Below the pieces are notes generated by a model that was not told the DNA's origin, searched no databases, and was given only the letters and a program-made list of their open reading frames with translations. The position numbers and the translations under genes were made by a program. A DNA stretch of 64,000 nucleotides from Eledone cirrhosa (taxonomy: Eukaryota), in assembly GCA_964016885.1 (NCBI GenBank), contig OZ024764.1:27962001-28026000 (forward strand). Direction: 5' to 3'. The first letter of the stretch is position 1. Every line of letters begins with the position of its first letter. Positions 40,410-52,958 of this stretch are shown in pieces.

Positions 40410-41798
40410 AACAGAAGTATTACGGGTATGGAAAAAATTCTAAATAAGCCTACAACAGTCATTGCGGGCCACTCTGACTGGTCAGGTGGGCTCGATTGTG
40501 GCCCCGCGGGCCGCCTGTTGCACGCCCCTCCTTTAGACAGAATATCTATCACTGTTAAGTAATACTGTGATCTGTCGGCCAACTACATTTTCCAGCCTGT
40601 GGCGTTTGGGGGAGTCGGGATACTGACTGCGAGATTCCTATCTTCACTGGCGGCTAGCCTGACGAAGGTGACTGGTGAAGCTCGTGAGGGCACTTGGTTG
40701 TTCCAGCTCCTCAGCCTCGCCATCGCCCGAGGTAACGCTGCAGACGTGCTGGCTTGCCTAAAAAATCATTAGAGAGGTTTCCCAGTGCTCCTCGCGATAC
40801 TGTTATCTTTTGCTCTAGTAGCAGCTCGTTTGTCCACCCCTTTCGCCTGCCTTTGGTTGTATGTCGTCCTAGATGTGTGTATTACCTGCTTGTGTGTTGT
40901 ATGTGGTCCTAGATGTGTGTATTACCTGCTTATGTGGTCCTAGATGTATGTATTACCTGCTGGTGTGTTGTATGTGGTCCCAGATGTGTGCATTACCTGT
41001 TTTTGTGTTGTATGTGGTCCCAAATGTGTGTGCTACCCGCTTCTGTGATTTGTTTTGTTTCTTCTTTCTCTCTTCCGAGAAACAATCCTGTATTTTTTAA
41101 TCTATTCCATGCGTTAAGTAATTAGCAGCAACAACAAACTGATTTTCAGTTGTAAAAAGAATCTTTAAACCTTCACCATTTACATTAACACATACCATAC
41201 GTTGTCCCAGCCACAAATAAACAGTAAAAAAAACTTACTTTGCGGTTAAATTCTTCACAATTAAAAGAAAAATATTTCTAACACGTTTCTAGACAACACC
41301 AAGTTTACACCTTCAATATCCGGTAAAAGTAAAAACAAATTCTGGAGACATTTAACGAAACGAAACTATGTAAAGAAAAACGAAAATTAAACGAAGACAA
41401 ATAGTAAATTTTAATTTTTATTAAATAAAATACCAGTAATTCACTGCAGTAGATTTAATCAACTTTACTCTCTCTGCACGAAAGAAGAAAAAAATTCCTG
41501 ACTTAGTGCTTAATATATAGAGAGGGGGAGAGTTTGGTGTTACTTCATATAGAGAGGGGTATTGGAAGAGATTGCCGTGTAGTAGATATAGAGAGGGAGA
41601 GAGTGTGTGCTAATTGATATAAAGAGGGGGATTTGCACCCCCCCCCGCCTAGAAAAATTCTGAAATGCTTCGACCTCCCTGTACATATATATATATATAT
41701 AGTATACACACACAGACATATATATAGTAAATAAATGTGTGTGTGTATCAGTGGTCCCCAAACTTTTCTGTTCCACACCCCTCCTCTAAAATATGTTT

Positions 41799-42930
41799 AT
41801 GTTCCCCTTTAATATAAAAACAATCCGAGTATTCTGAAAGTATTATTACTGTAATATAAAGTAGAAACCCTTTATTTAAACAAAGCTACGATGCAGCGAT
41901 GATCAAAACAAACTTCTCGTAGGTGCTGCCAAGCGGGGAAAAGTGGATGTATAATGATGATGATATATATATATATGCCCCACCCTTGCAAACAGGGAAA
42001 AGCAGACGTAAAATGAAAATGATGATATATATATAGATAGATAGATATGTATTTATACTTATACGTCATGGTGGCTACAGGTGCCAAGAGGAAGAAGCCG
42101 GTCAAATCCTCTGATATTTGTTTATCTTCCTTTCCTTTGTATATATATATATAGTATGTGTGTGTGTGTGTGTATGAAGATGTATGACCCCCTAGCAAGC
42201 CAAACTACAGTTACTCCCCAACATGGAGAGCAAATTAAAACATTACCTGTTAGAGAGGAACGTGAAATGAATTGTTAGTGAACTACCGGTGTAACAGTAA
42301 TTATGTTACCGGTGTAACTATTTCTGTTTACCTTATTTTTAAATGACACTCCTATATTAGTTTAGTGACCTTTCAATTCAAATAAATTCTTGATGATGAT
42401 TGAACTCGCATCGGAGTAGCCCAACGCCTTGGCCTCCGCGTGTGTGAGCCACATAAATGTTCTCAACGACATAGTGAGAAGAAGCCTGGACGCAGCTGAA
42501 TTTCCATCTCAACTGGAGTCAGCAGGCCTAGGCCGCGGAGATGGCAAGCACCCCGAGGGAATCACCCTCTTCCCATTCGAAGGAGGTAGATCCACAAACC
42601 CCAGCATCGCTGCCCGTTTCGCAGATGAACATAAAATAAACAAATTCCGGTGTTTGTCCTGGAGCCTCTTCTAAGCACCAGCCGCCGTCGAGACCCCGGG
42701 CCAACTTGGACCCATTACAGCCGAGCTCCTCCGCAACATCGCAGTGTCTGTGGCCCGTCTGAGGATGGAGTCCCACGAGGTTGGATGCCTGTTGCAGCAG
42801 GTGTCACTGTCCTTACATATATATACGTAAATGTTCCCTTGACTGCTATTTCTAGCATATATTAATAGACACTTTAGAAACAGCAGCTAAAAATCAAGAA
42901 ACAACAGTGTGTGTCTGTATATATATACAC

Positions 42931-43018
<88 letters not shown>

Positions 43019-44894
43019 CAGCCAAAGACACGCACACACGCACATACACATACACACAGGTGTATGTCTGCGTGTATGTATATATATATGTGTGTCTTTT
43101 CGTTCTCTCTCTCTCTCTCTCTATATATATATTTATATATATATATATCAGTGATCCCCCTCGCAACCTTTAATTAAACAAACCTGCGATGAGGCGATGA
43201 TCAAAATAAACACCAAAGTATAAACAAACAGCCCATAGGTGCTGCCGGATACACGATAACATGTGTAGACGAAGTAAAACTTTTATTACTGTAATATAAA
43301 GTAGAAACCCTATATTTAAACAAAGCTGCGATGCAGCGATGATCAAAACAAACTTCAAATAACATGTGTATACGAAGTGTATCTGGAAGCTTGGTCGTAT
43401 TATATGACTTTCAAATTGACCCCTATTATATTCAAATTATCCCCTGTGGGGCGTGCACCCCACGTTGAGAATCCCTCATAAATAAAAATATGTGAGTGTG
43501 TTGCTATGACTGCTATTTCTAGCAGGTTTACTGCAGTCCTGTAGACGCACAACAAAAACCGGAAGTGGCAGCCATTAAAAAACTTTGGCTTAAAATCAGC
43601 CAAAAGATTTTCAATAATAGTAAAATTTTATTTTTGACAAGGACGATAACTTTTGTCTTACTTAATCGCAAAAATCGAGGCAAAAATTTTGCGGGTGTGC
43701 AGTTTACACGCTAAAATAAACCTGCTAGAAATAGCAGTCATAGCAACTCACATATATTTATATATCATATATATATATATATATATATCAGCCAAACACA
43801 CACACTTATATATGTACGTGTGTGTGTGTTGACCGCTATATATATATATAGCAGCCAAACACATACACAGACACACATATATATATATATACATGTGTGT
43901 GTATATGTGTGTGTTTGTGTGTGTGTCCTCCTCTCGTCTATGGCTGTTATTTTTACATTGTCCTTCTTTTTGTTATTTTTCTCGGGATTTGCCCGGATTC
44001 GAACATGCGACCACCTATTTACAATATAGAATCTTTACAGCTTTACTGACTTTTAAGTAATCCAAGTTGTAACCCCGGATTTAGTAGTGTTTAATTTATT
44101 TTGAAGTATTTTATTATTGGCCTTAGTTAGACGATCGTCCAAGACCATGCTGGGGCATATATATATATGTGTGTGTGTGTGTATATATATATATATGTGT
44201 GTGTGTGCTGGGGCATATATATATATGTGTGTGTGTGTATATATATATATATGTGTGTGTCCTTTCTGTTATTCGCTGCTATTTCTAAAGTGTCAATATA
44301 TATATCATATATATATATATATGATATATAAATATATGTAAGTGAGTTGCTATGACTGCTATTTCTAGCAGGTTTATTTTTAGCGTGTAAACTGCACACC
44401 CTCAAAATTTTTGCCTCGATTTTTGCGATTAAGTAAGACAAAAGTTATCGTCCTTGTCAAAAATAAAATTTTACTATTATTGAAAATCTTTTGGCTGATT
44501 TTAAGCCAAAGTTTTTTAATGGCTGCCACTTCCGGTTTTTGTTGTGCGTCTACAGGACTGCAGTAAACCTGCTAGAAATAGCAGTCATAGCAACACACTC
44601 ACATATATTTATTTATGAGGGATTCTCAACGTGGGGTGCACGCCCCACAGGGGATAATTTGAATATAATAGGGGTCAATTTGAAAGTCATATAATACGAC
44701 CCAACTCCCTGTTACACTTCGTATACACATGTTATCGTGTATCTGGCAGCACCTGCGAGAAGTTTGTTTACATTTTGGGGTTTGCTTTGATGATCGCTGC
44801 ATCGCAGCTTTGTTTAAATAAAGGGTTTCTACTTTATATTACAGTAATAACACTTTTACAAGACTCGGATTGTTTTTATATTAAAGGGGGACAT
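41799..44894. mobile_element. Fold-back element, copy 3
   Basis: Identical ORFs at 43400- and 44491+; same outer ends. Confidence 0.8.
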
Positions 44895-47288
44895 GTTTTT
44901 TAAACTCTGAACTCAGCATCTTTCTGTTGTTCTCCGGGATTCTAGCAAAGTATAAAAATATATATATATATATATAGATATATATATATATCTGGCAGTC
45001 AACCTCAGACTCGAAAAAGCCGCCGCTAATCATGATCGTTGGGGTTATAATTAGACTAAAGTGCTTCCACTGGGCACCATTAGCTGGTTGTGATCATTGG
45101 AGAATTCTTTCTGCGCTGAAAGAGCCTAGGACTAAAAGATATATATATAGATGTCGAAACGGCAGTAGCACAGCCGTTGGGGTCCTGAATATTTTCACAT
45201 CTATATATGTGTGTGTATTCTGCGACATTTATAATTACATAAGCAAGCATATTTGAATAACAAAATTTGAGGTTTAAATACTTTATTTTTTACCAATAAC
45301 ATAGAGAAAGGCATGAACAACACGACATGTTAATTACTTTAATATTGAAAGTAGGCTTATAAATATTAAAAAAGCAGATTTTTGTATCTTTCATGGTGGT
45401 CTGGTGGGTGATACCAGAGATGGTGGTAGTCCTGGTTTCGGTTTCAATCCTGGTCATGGGTTACATATAAGGTCTCATTTTTTTTTTTTCTTTCTTTCAG
45501 TTTTCTTCTTATCTCTAGATATAAATATATATACATAAGGTAATTTGATAGAATTGTTAGAACATCAGATAGAATTCTTTGCAGTATTTTTCCAGTTCTT
45601 TACTCTGAGTTCAACTTTACCTTTCTTCCATTCGGTGTCGATAAGTCTTGAATATGTCTAACGTAGCAATAACTGGAGCTACTTAACCAAGTTTTCCCAA
45701 CCTAGTCGATGTCACCTACTGGTTGGCGATTTAAACTGTTGGCTGGGACAATGACCAACTAATCAGTCAGATTCGAACTCACTATGTCTGGCATATATTT
45801 TATATTTATATTTGAATGAAGTTCTGTAAGTAACCTGGTGGCTTAGATGGCAATACTGCTCGAATAGATGGCTTCTATTATGAAGTTATAAGTTCATTCC
45901 CTATCCAGGATTGTAGAATTAATTTTATTTAGTTATTATTTAATCAATTGTTTTAACAAACAAATTATATCTATTAAACACCAAAAATAGTGAGTTCAAA
46001 TCTGACTGACATGCATGGTATATATTTATGTTTCATTATACAGCGACACAATACACAGGAACTTATAAAGATATGTATATATTGTCCAGGAGTTTCGAGT
46101 TTAGTGGGAATTGGTACAACTCTCAATTGGAGCTAGTCCCTGCAAGATCAGCATAAATAATGTTATACCTTTTCATGAAATCTTGCACACCCGATATTTT
46201 ATACATGATTATTTAAAGGTGAACAAAAACCAAAGAACATTGAGCAGCATTTCTCAACCTTTCTACCCATGTCGATCTCTTGAAATAGTTTTTATGTCTC
46301 AGGGAAGCCCTGCATAAAATATACTTTTTCTATCTCTAGAGCAGTGGTTCCCAAATCGTGTGCTGCGAGATGAAACAAGATGAGCTGCAAAAGACTAAGA
46401 TTAAGTTTTATGATGTGAAAAATATAAAACTGAAATTTCATATAAAAGTTCAAATATAGCTACAGCCACAAACCTAGGCTCCACACCCCGCAATGCAGAG
46501 GATAGTAAGATAGTACCAAGGCCTGACTCACCTCTTCCACTCCATTGAGACCTCTGCCATACTTGGTCCCTGTACTGCTGATTTCCTCCATAAAGTCGGG
46601 AGGAAAGACGACAGGAGCCTCGTGAGGAGGGGCGACTATTGTAGCAGGTGTCTCTGGCCTTGCTCCGAGGTAACGCTTTTACGTTTCTTCCACGGGTTGC
46701 GGCTGAGGGACCACTTAGACTGGGGTGAAGTGTCTGTCCCTCCCACGACTTCATATTTCTTTCTTTTTCTCATTTTCATTTTCTTTTCTCCTCTTGCTTA
46801 TCTCTGCTATACCACGGCATCAAAAACATATATGGTATATGTATGGTATAGGTGTATTTATATTTAGGATAGTTATCGAAGGTAAATAGACTGGTTGGAG
46901 CAATAACAGTCATGTTTACGTATATATATGTGTGTGTGTGTGTAGAACAGAACAAAGGAGAGACACAAAATAAATCAGTCACTGAGGAGGTCACAGAATG
47001 TGACAAAAGAGCTTTGACAATAAACAACTATCCAGTTATTAAACCAACCAACTGGAAATTTGTAATAAATTGAAGTAAAAACCCCGGGTGTTTTTATTGG
47101 CAGCATGACCCTCCAAAGAATAACACTATATATAGTGGCATTAGCTTGGTAGAGATATCCAAGTTATAGCGCAACTCAAGTTTGTAGGACAATTTCAATA
47201 GAATTAATAAGGCCAGTTGCTACAACGGTGCCATAGCAGGAACTTATGTTTAGTTGGCTTGGTGGTAACTTATTCAATCTGCGCTGGA

Positions 47289-49302
47289 ATAAGAACCTAT
47301 CTTTGTTGCAGGTATGTGTCTCCACCAGAAACAGTGTGGCATCTCTCGGAATTTAAGCTTCATGGTACATCACATACAGTATACAGGCTAGCCACACACC
47401 GGGAGAACAAACAGAGAGTTTACTTTCAAAGAGGCAATGCTCAGGTTGCGGTAGAAATGCATGGACACCGAGACACGACTCTTGCTGCCTGGCTCAAGCT
47501 AAATGAAGATAAAGATGCAAGCAAATACTTATATCCAGAAATTCCAGAATATTATGTGTTCAATGAAACTAACAGAAAATGGATGCCAAGAAGAAGGAAC
47601 AATAATATCATTAGTAGAATGTACACAGTTAGCTCCAGAGTTGAAAAATTTTATTTAAGAGTATTGCCAGGTGTTAAGAGTTTTGAAGAACTACAAACAA
47701 TGGAGGGAGAAACATTTCCAACCTTCAAAGAGGCCTGCTTGCAACTTGGTTTTATTGAAAATTATGACTATTTATGCCAAGCTTTGCAGGAAGCTGCTCC
47801 CCACCCCATTCGAACACAACTTTGTATGATGTTCGTTGCTCTGTGCCAGCCAATGCACTGTAATTATGGAACTCTCATAAGGAGTCAATGATTGAAGACT
47901 ATTTACATCAAGGAATGGATAGTCAGCAAGCTGAAAATATGTCTCTTGGTTACATTAACGTAATATTGATTGAAAATAGTACCTCTGCCCATTGAGATGC
48001 TTCAACCTGATCCTCAAGTTGACGTCAACCACCCTGATATTGATAGTCTTACTGAAGAGCAATAAATAATTACTGATGCTGTAATTAATGCCATTCAACA
48101 GAAGAGAAAAGGTGAAAGGCTTACACATTCCTGCTTCTATGCAGGTGCACCTGGAGGGTGGGACAAAACCTACCTGTTCAATACACTGATTTTTCACCTC
48201 CAGATGAATAACTATCAGGTATGTTGTGATGCTTGGACAAGCATAACATCTTCACTGCTGCTGGGAGGTAGAAATGTGCACAATTTATTCAAACTACCTG
48301 TTCCACTAACAAAGACCAGTGTATGTAATGTGTCTGGCTCATCTGACCATGCCAATTACTTACAGAACCTGGATCTCATAATACTGGATGAGGCTTCTAT
48401 GAGTCCTTCCTATGTAATTCATGACATTCACAAGTTCCTTCAAGACGTCATTGGTGTTAATCAAGTGTTTGCCATCCGTGACACTTCTTTCAATATTTTA
48501 GATTAAGCAACAATATCAGAGTAAGAGAAGATCAGAGAGAGTTTGTGAAGTGGCTGTTACGTCTTTGTAATGGAACATCTCCAATTGTAAGACTGAATAT
48601 TAATGAAGATGATGTTGAAGTGCCTTCATTATCATGCGTAAATGACTCTTTAGTGAAACACATTTTCAGTAATACAACGCCACAGGAATGCTGATTGCCT
48701 ATTAATCATTGAAGAGGTTTTCAGACAACTTCCTGGGAACAGCTATACTTATTACAGTACATATAGAGTGCTAACTGATGAGCCTACAGAGGTGGACAGA
48801 TATTCTACTGAACTTCTGAACTCACACCTTCTGGGATGCCGGCTCACAAACTCCAGTTAAAAGCAGGATCAATAATAATGCTTCTATGGAATGTTTCAAT
48901 CCAGAACAGATTATGTAATGGCACAAGATTAGAAGTAGTGGAACTGCATAAACATTTTATCGAAGCTTCTCATATCTATGGTCCTTTGATGGGCAGGTGT
49001 GTTTTGATCCCAAGACTGAAGTTAGCCCCCAGTGGTGCCAACATCCCTTTTACTTTGGAAAGACCCCAGTTTCCATTAAGACTGTCATATGCCATGACAA
49101 TCAACAAGAGCCATGGTCAAATACATGATAAAGTGGGTCTGTTCCTCCCTGAGCAAGTATTTAACCCTGGACAATTGTATGTTGCTTTTTCAAGAGTTCA
49201 CAGACAGGTGTAAAAATTATAGTATTGAACACTGATAAGCAAGGAAGGTGAGGTAATAAAACTGTGACAAAGAACATTGTATGCAAACAGCTATTAAGAT
49301 AA
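47289..49302 (+). mobile_element. Less-deleted Helitron relic (Rep-helicase linker plus Pif1 helicase), pseudogenised
   Basis: RYVSPPETVW, YLYPEIPEYYVFN, ISRMYTVS..EKFYLR, SFEELQTMEGETFPTFKEAC, degenerate Walker A GAPGGWDKTYLF (~48144), HNLFKLP, Walker B IILDEASM, GMPAHKLQLK, AMTINKSHGQ, terminal TKNIVCKQLLR*. Confidence 0.93.
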
Positions 49303-49415
49303 TTCTGAGCCAATTGCAAGTAGCAATAGAATTGAAACTAATCATGAAAATAAAAAGATTGAGTATATTTTCTATAAAGTTTTCTATTTGTATATAGTGT
49401 AAAGTAATTATAGCT

Positions 49416-50002
49416 GTAACATGCGACAGCGGCCACACCCCGGTAAACCACCTTGGCTAGCGGGTCGAACCAGGTTGAGGGTAGCCGGACGGGTCTGAAA
49501 CGTCCCTGTGAGTTAGATAGGGGATGCCTGCCCCTGCATGCGAAGACTGGACTCCGCAGAGTGAGTGGAGGAGGACAACATCGTCCCAACGGTGATGAAG
49601 GCGGCGACAGCAAGCGGTGTGGAGCGCTGGGGCACGGCAAGGCACTACAGACGTCGTGGCCATCTACTGCAGCCAAGCAAGTCCCTGGTCGTGACGGTCC
49701 TCCGTACCACCAGATTCTGGCTTCTGCGGTCGAGTGAGTGGGACCATTGCTGTGCACTGGCCCTCCCCCCACTATAAACCTTTCCCGCACAGGTTTCTTC
49801 TTCAGCGTGCACTCCCAAAGCCCTGCGGCGATAGGTAACAGGTGGAGGTAACTTCTGGGAGTTACCAGTCTGACTCCGGTCTCTTCCCCTGCCCCCACTG
49901 TCCCCGGACCTGCAAGTCAATGATCGGCCTCCACAGCCACCTTCGTGCCCACGGCAGACGGGAACAACAATAAAGAAGATGTCATCATCGTTTGCGATGG
50001 AC
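49416..50002 (+). mobile_element. GC-rich LTR-like segment
   Basis: Abrupt GC-rich island starting TGTAAC, with CTATAAA (~49772), AATAAA (~49969) and a possible CA end. No TSD found. Confidence 0.35.
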
Positions 50003-50259
50003 AACCAAGAAAGTAATTATAAAATATTGCATAATGAGGAATATGCACTTATATATTAATCTTGCAGCTTCAAAAGAATTAAATACTAACGAATGATACG
50101 AGTATTAAGTATTGTATATTTAAGTATCATTTATTCTACAAGCAACAATATAAATGCAATAGAAATGCAAATCGTCCTTTTTTCTAAAATAGCTCCTCTT
50201 AATTTTTTAGTCCATGGAATTTCCACAGGTCCTGCTAGTACTTAGAGAGGTATGCATCG

Positions 50260-50920
50260 AACTAACCAAGAGACCTGCTTGGTGGAACGACTATGTGACA
50301 ACAGGTCAGCCTTCGACCTCTCATTCTCCACCAACTTCGGCACACACCAAAGGGGTTAACTTGTCTCCAACTATCCACCCCAGGTTCCTAACGGAATTAA
50401 CCCCACCACTCCTACAACTGTTAGCCCACCCCCAGCACCACCCAACCTCCGTTCTAGTCCCACCATTAGAACCAATGCTGCTTACCCTGCCTCTTTTACT
50501 AGTTCACTCCCTCGCTCGAATTTCAAAGCTGGCCCTCTACACTTGGTCGTTGCCAGCTCACCACCTGATTCTGCTCTCTGTGTTCGCACTAGCCGGTACC
50601 TAAACACAATAAAATGTCACCTGTGCTACCAAAACTACCACAGGAACTCTGTCGGCATCAGCAAGGCTCAAGCCGAAAGGCTTCAATACTAGACCTGTAA
50701 TCAGGGCCACTTTACCTCCGACGACCAGCTTTCTACCGAGAGTGTGTTGATGGAGGGGACATGAGACCAGCAAAGTCCTAGGAGTAGAGACTAGTAAATA
50801 ATATACGGTCCTAGCTATGTTAAGAATATATATAAGAAACATGTTCTATACATTTAAGAAGACAAGAGAAATAAATATTTACCTCTTTCATGTAGGTAAT
50901 ATAGCGGTGTTATAAAAGTA
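50260..50920 (+). mobile_element. Possible LTR-retrotransposon 3' remnant; 50400-50920 is shared with each macro-unit (e.g. 8900-9426)
   Basis: KRPAWWNDYV resembles the RxPxWxxDYV post-integrase motif. A purine tract GGAGGGGA precedes TGAGACC..AATAAA..TTTCA. Direct identity to 8900-9426 is clear. Confidence 0.4.
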
Positions 50921-51147
50921 ATTATACGACCGGTGTAACAGTCGGTATAAATGAAAGATGTAGAAATAAAAGTTGCAACATTGACATAAATAAAGATTAA
51001 TATGACCAAGAATAAATATTTAATTGAATTAAAATAAGTAACACAGCGAAATATTTAGGTAAAATAAAAAATTAAAAACAAAATGGAGTCACATAAAATT
51101 TGGTTTGTGTTTATAAAGCTTATTTTAAGCACAATTTTCCTTTTAAT

Positions 51148-51460
51148 TCCGTAGCTCAGTTAGTAGCAGCTCCGCTTACTAACCTTAGGGCTGTAACGTT
51201 ACATGGTTCGAATCTTACACTCTTCTCTATAGTGCCACACGAGTTATCTCCTAGTCTTTTTATATAGTTTCACTGTTTAGTGAAAGAGGGCGCTACGAAC
51301 AGTTACTTATGTAGACGGGTGGTTAGCGATTCGGCTTACAAACATTAGCATCATGACGTTACATGGGTTCGAACCCTGCCGGCGCCTCAATTTTTCAAAT
51401 AGAGTTATCACCCATGGTTCTTTAGAGTTTCATTGCTTACTCGAAAGATGGCGCGGGGAT
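51148..51460 (+). other. Two tandem diverged tRNA-like modules
   Basis: GTAGCTCAGTTAGTAG..ACGTTACATGGTTCGAATC..GAGTTATC..GAAAGAGGGCGC and GTAGACGGGTGGTTAG..ACGTTACATGGGTTCGAACC..GAGTTATC..GAAAGATGGCGC. Confidence 0.55.
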
Positions 51461-52309
51461 CATCTTTTACGAAGAGTAGTAAGAGACAATAATACATGGA
51501 AGGAGGAGAAATAGAGAGAGATAGAAAGACTAATGTGTGTCACACACTCAATTCTCTCACCCTCTCTTTATGTCTATTCGTCTACCTCTTATTTCTCAAT
51601 TGTGATTTCGTTCTCTATCTTACGTAAACTTTCCAATGTTTTACTGTCAATTAATTCCAGCATTTTATATGATGTGTGTAATTAATGGGTGTTTGTGACT
51701 ACTGCCTCCAGCAGGAGGCAGACCTTGCATCTGGGCAGCTGGAAAGGTTTATCTACTGGCTAGTATGTCGAACGGTAGTACTGACTGAATTGTTGAACGT
51801 TCCGTGAACTGGATCCCTAGCTGCTGGTAAATGGTTTTCCAAGGGAAGTAAACCTTTCAAGTTACATTTTAAGGGTTTTTTCCCTCCTAGACAAATTTTA
51901 AATATCTTTTTTTCTAATGTCTATCATTTATTTTTTAATAAGTTTCTTAAATATTTTTAGTTGAAATTTTGTAGAGATGCATATTGAAACAAGAAAACAA
52001 CTTGGCGAAAATGGAGGAGAAAGAAGGCAATACCAGATAGCTAGAATGGAGACCAAGTATATCTAGTGAGGGGAGAGGCAGAAAATAAGTTTGCACATGA
52101 TCTGGTTCGAGGTCTTGACAGTGACTGTTGCAAAGAGGAAGTGGACAGACAAGCAGTGGTATTTGCTAACTTTCCTGTCCTCTGCATTGCTTGTGGCCTA
52201 ATTTGGACTCAGAGAATGTGTCACATGTCGTGTTTTAAACTTAACACGACTGAGCTGAGCTTTAAACAATAAACACTAGTAATTTGTTTTTACAATTACA
52301 CAGCGTTAC

Positions 52310-52620
52310 GGAGTAGGTAGACCCAGAAAAACCTGGGATGATTTGTTAAATTCCGAACTTACACACTTGCACCTCTCTAAGACCCTGGAATCAGCTTCCA
52401 GAAGAAGTAATCAACGCGCCAACCACGCAACAATTCAAGGCAAAATTGGACAAGTCTTTCCGACTGTGTAAATGTTGCCCCTCTCCCTTGTTACAAGGCA
52501 TCTGAAGCATCTATGTTTTATTTTCTGCCAAATATATTGAATTGAATTGAAAGACAATGTCACTGGACCGAGATCTTTGGCGCCACGCAGAAATACAGAA
52601 GACCCGCCTTGCCTATGTGT
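52310..52620 (+). mobile_element. RTE-like LINE 3' fragment with a nested 5'-truncated CR1-like fragment (~52384-52554)
   Basis: RTE: GRPRKTWDDLL..HLSK|TMSLDRDLWRH. CR1: WNQLPEEVINAPTTQQFKAKLDK with an (ATTGA)n tail, flanked by AAGAC on both sides. Confidence 0.7.
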
Positions 52621-52729
52621 AAAGCAAAACCTAGTCAGTAGGCACCTCTTAACCAAATATACACCCCAACCAACTACCCCTACTCCATCCTCCCACTCCC
52701 ACCACCCTTTCTCTGTAAAGTTATGTTGG

Positions 52730-52958
52730 TACCACAACACCCAGTCCACACTGTAATGTGGTCGTGTAGGTAACACGGTCAAAAGCTCCCAGTCCACACT
52801 AAATGTGGTTGGTGTTAGGAAGGGCATATAGCTGTAGAAAACCTGCCAAATAGTCTTTTACGAGCGAGACACGGTCACCCGACCAATCTTGTTTGAAGTG
52901 GGACAATTTCTCTCTACACCCATGCGAGCATGGAAGATTAAACGACGTGGATGATGAT
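52730..52958 (+). mobile_element. SINE with RTE-type (GAT)n tail
   Basis: GTGGTTGGTGTTAGGAAGGGCAT..GCTGTAGAAA..CCCATGCGAGCATGGAA..GATGATGAT; an inverted relative lies at 62430-62715. Confidence 0.65.

Larger units (their letters stand above)
6352..46922 (+). repeat. Large tandem repeat (macrosatellite / tandem segmental duplication), period ~15.1-15.4 kb, ~2.7 copies
   Basis: Near-identical ORFs recur at 8200/23605/38733, 12121/27135/42429, 16271/31481/46622, 18853/33975 and 19319/34441. Offsets are 15.0-15.4 kb. Confidence 0.97.

Noticed and set aside
6352-46922. Pure assembly artefact triplication
   Set aside because: Copies differ by substitutions, VNTR counts, a 142-bp module and a 2.6-kb insertion. 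Not fully excluded without reads.
47217-49302. Host PIF1 helicase gene or an active Helitron
   Set aside because: Helitron-specific linker motifs, stops, frameshifts, a broken Walker A (GWDKT) and no intron structure.
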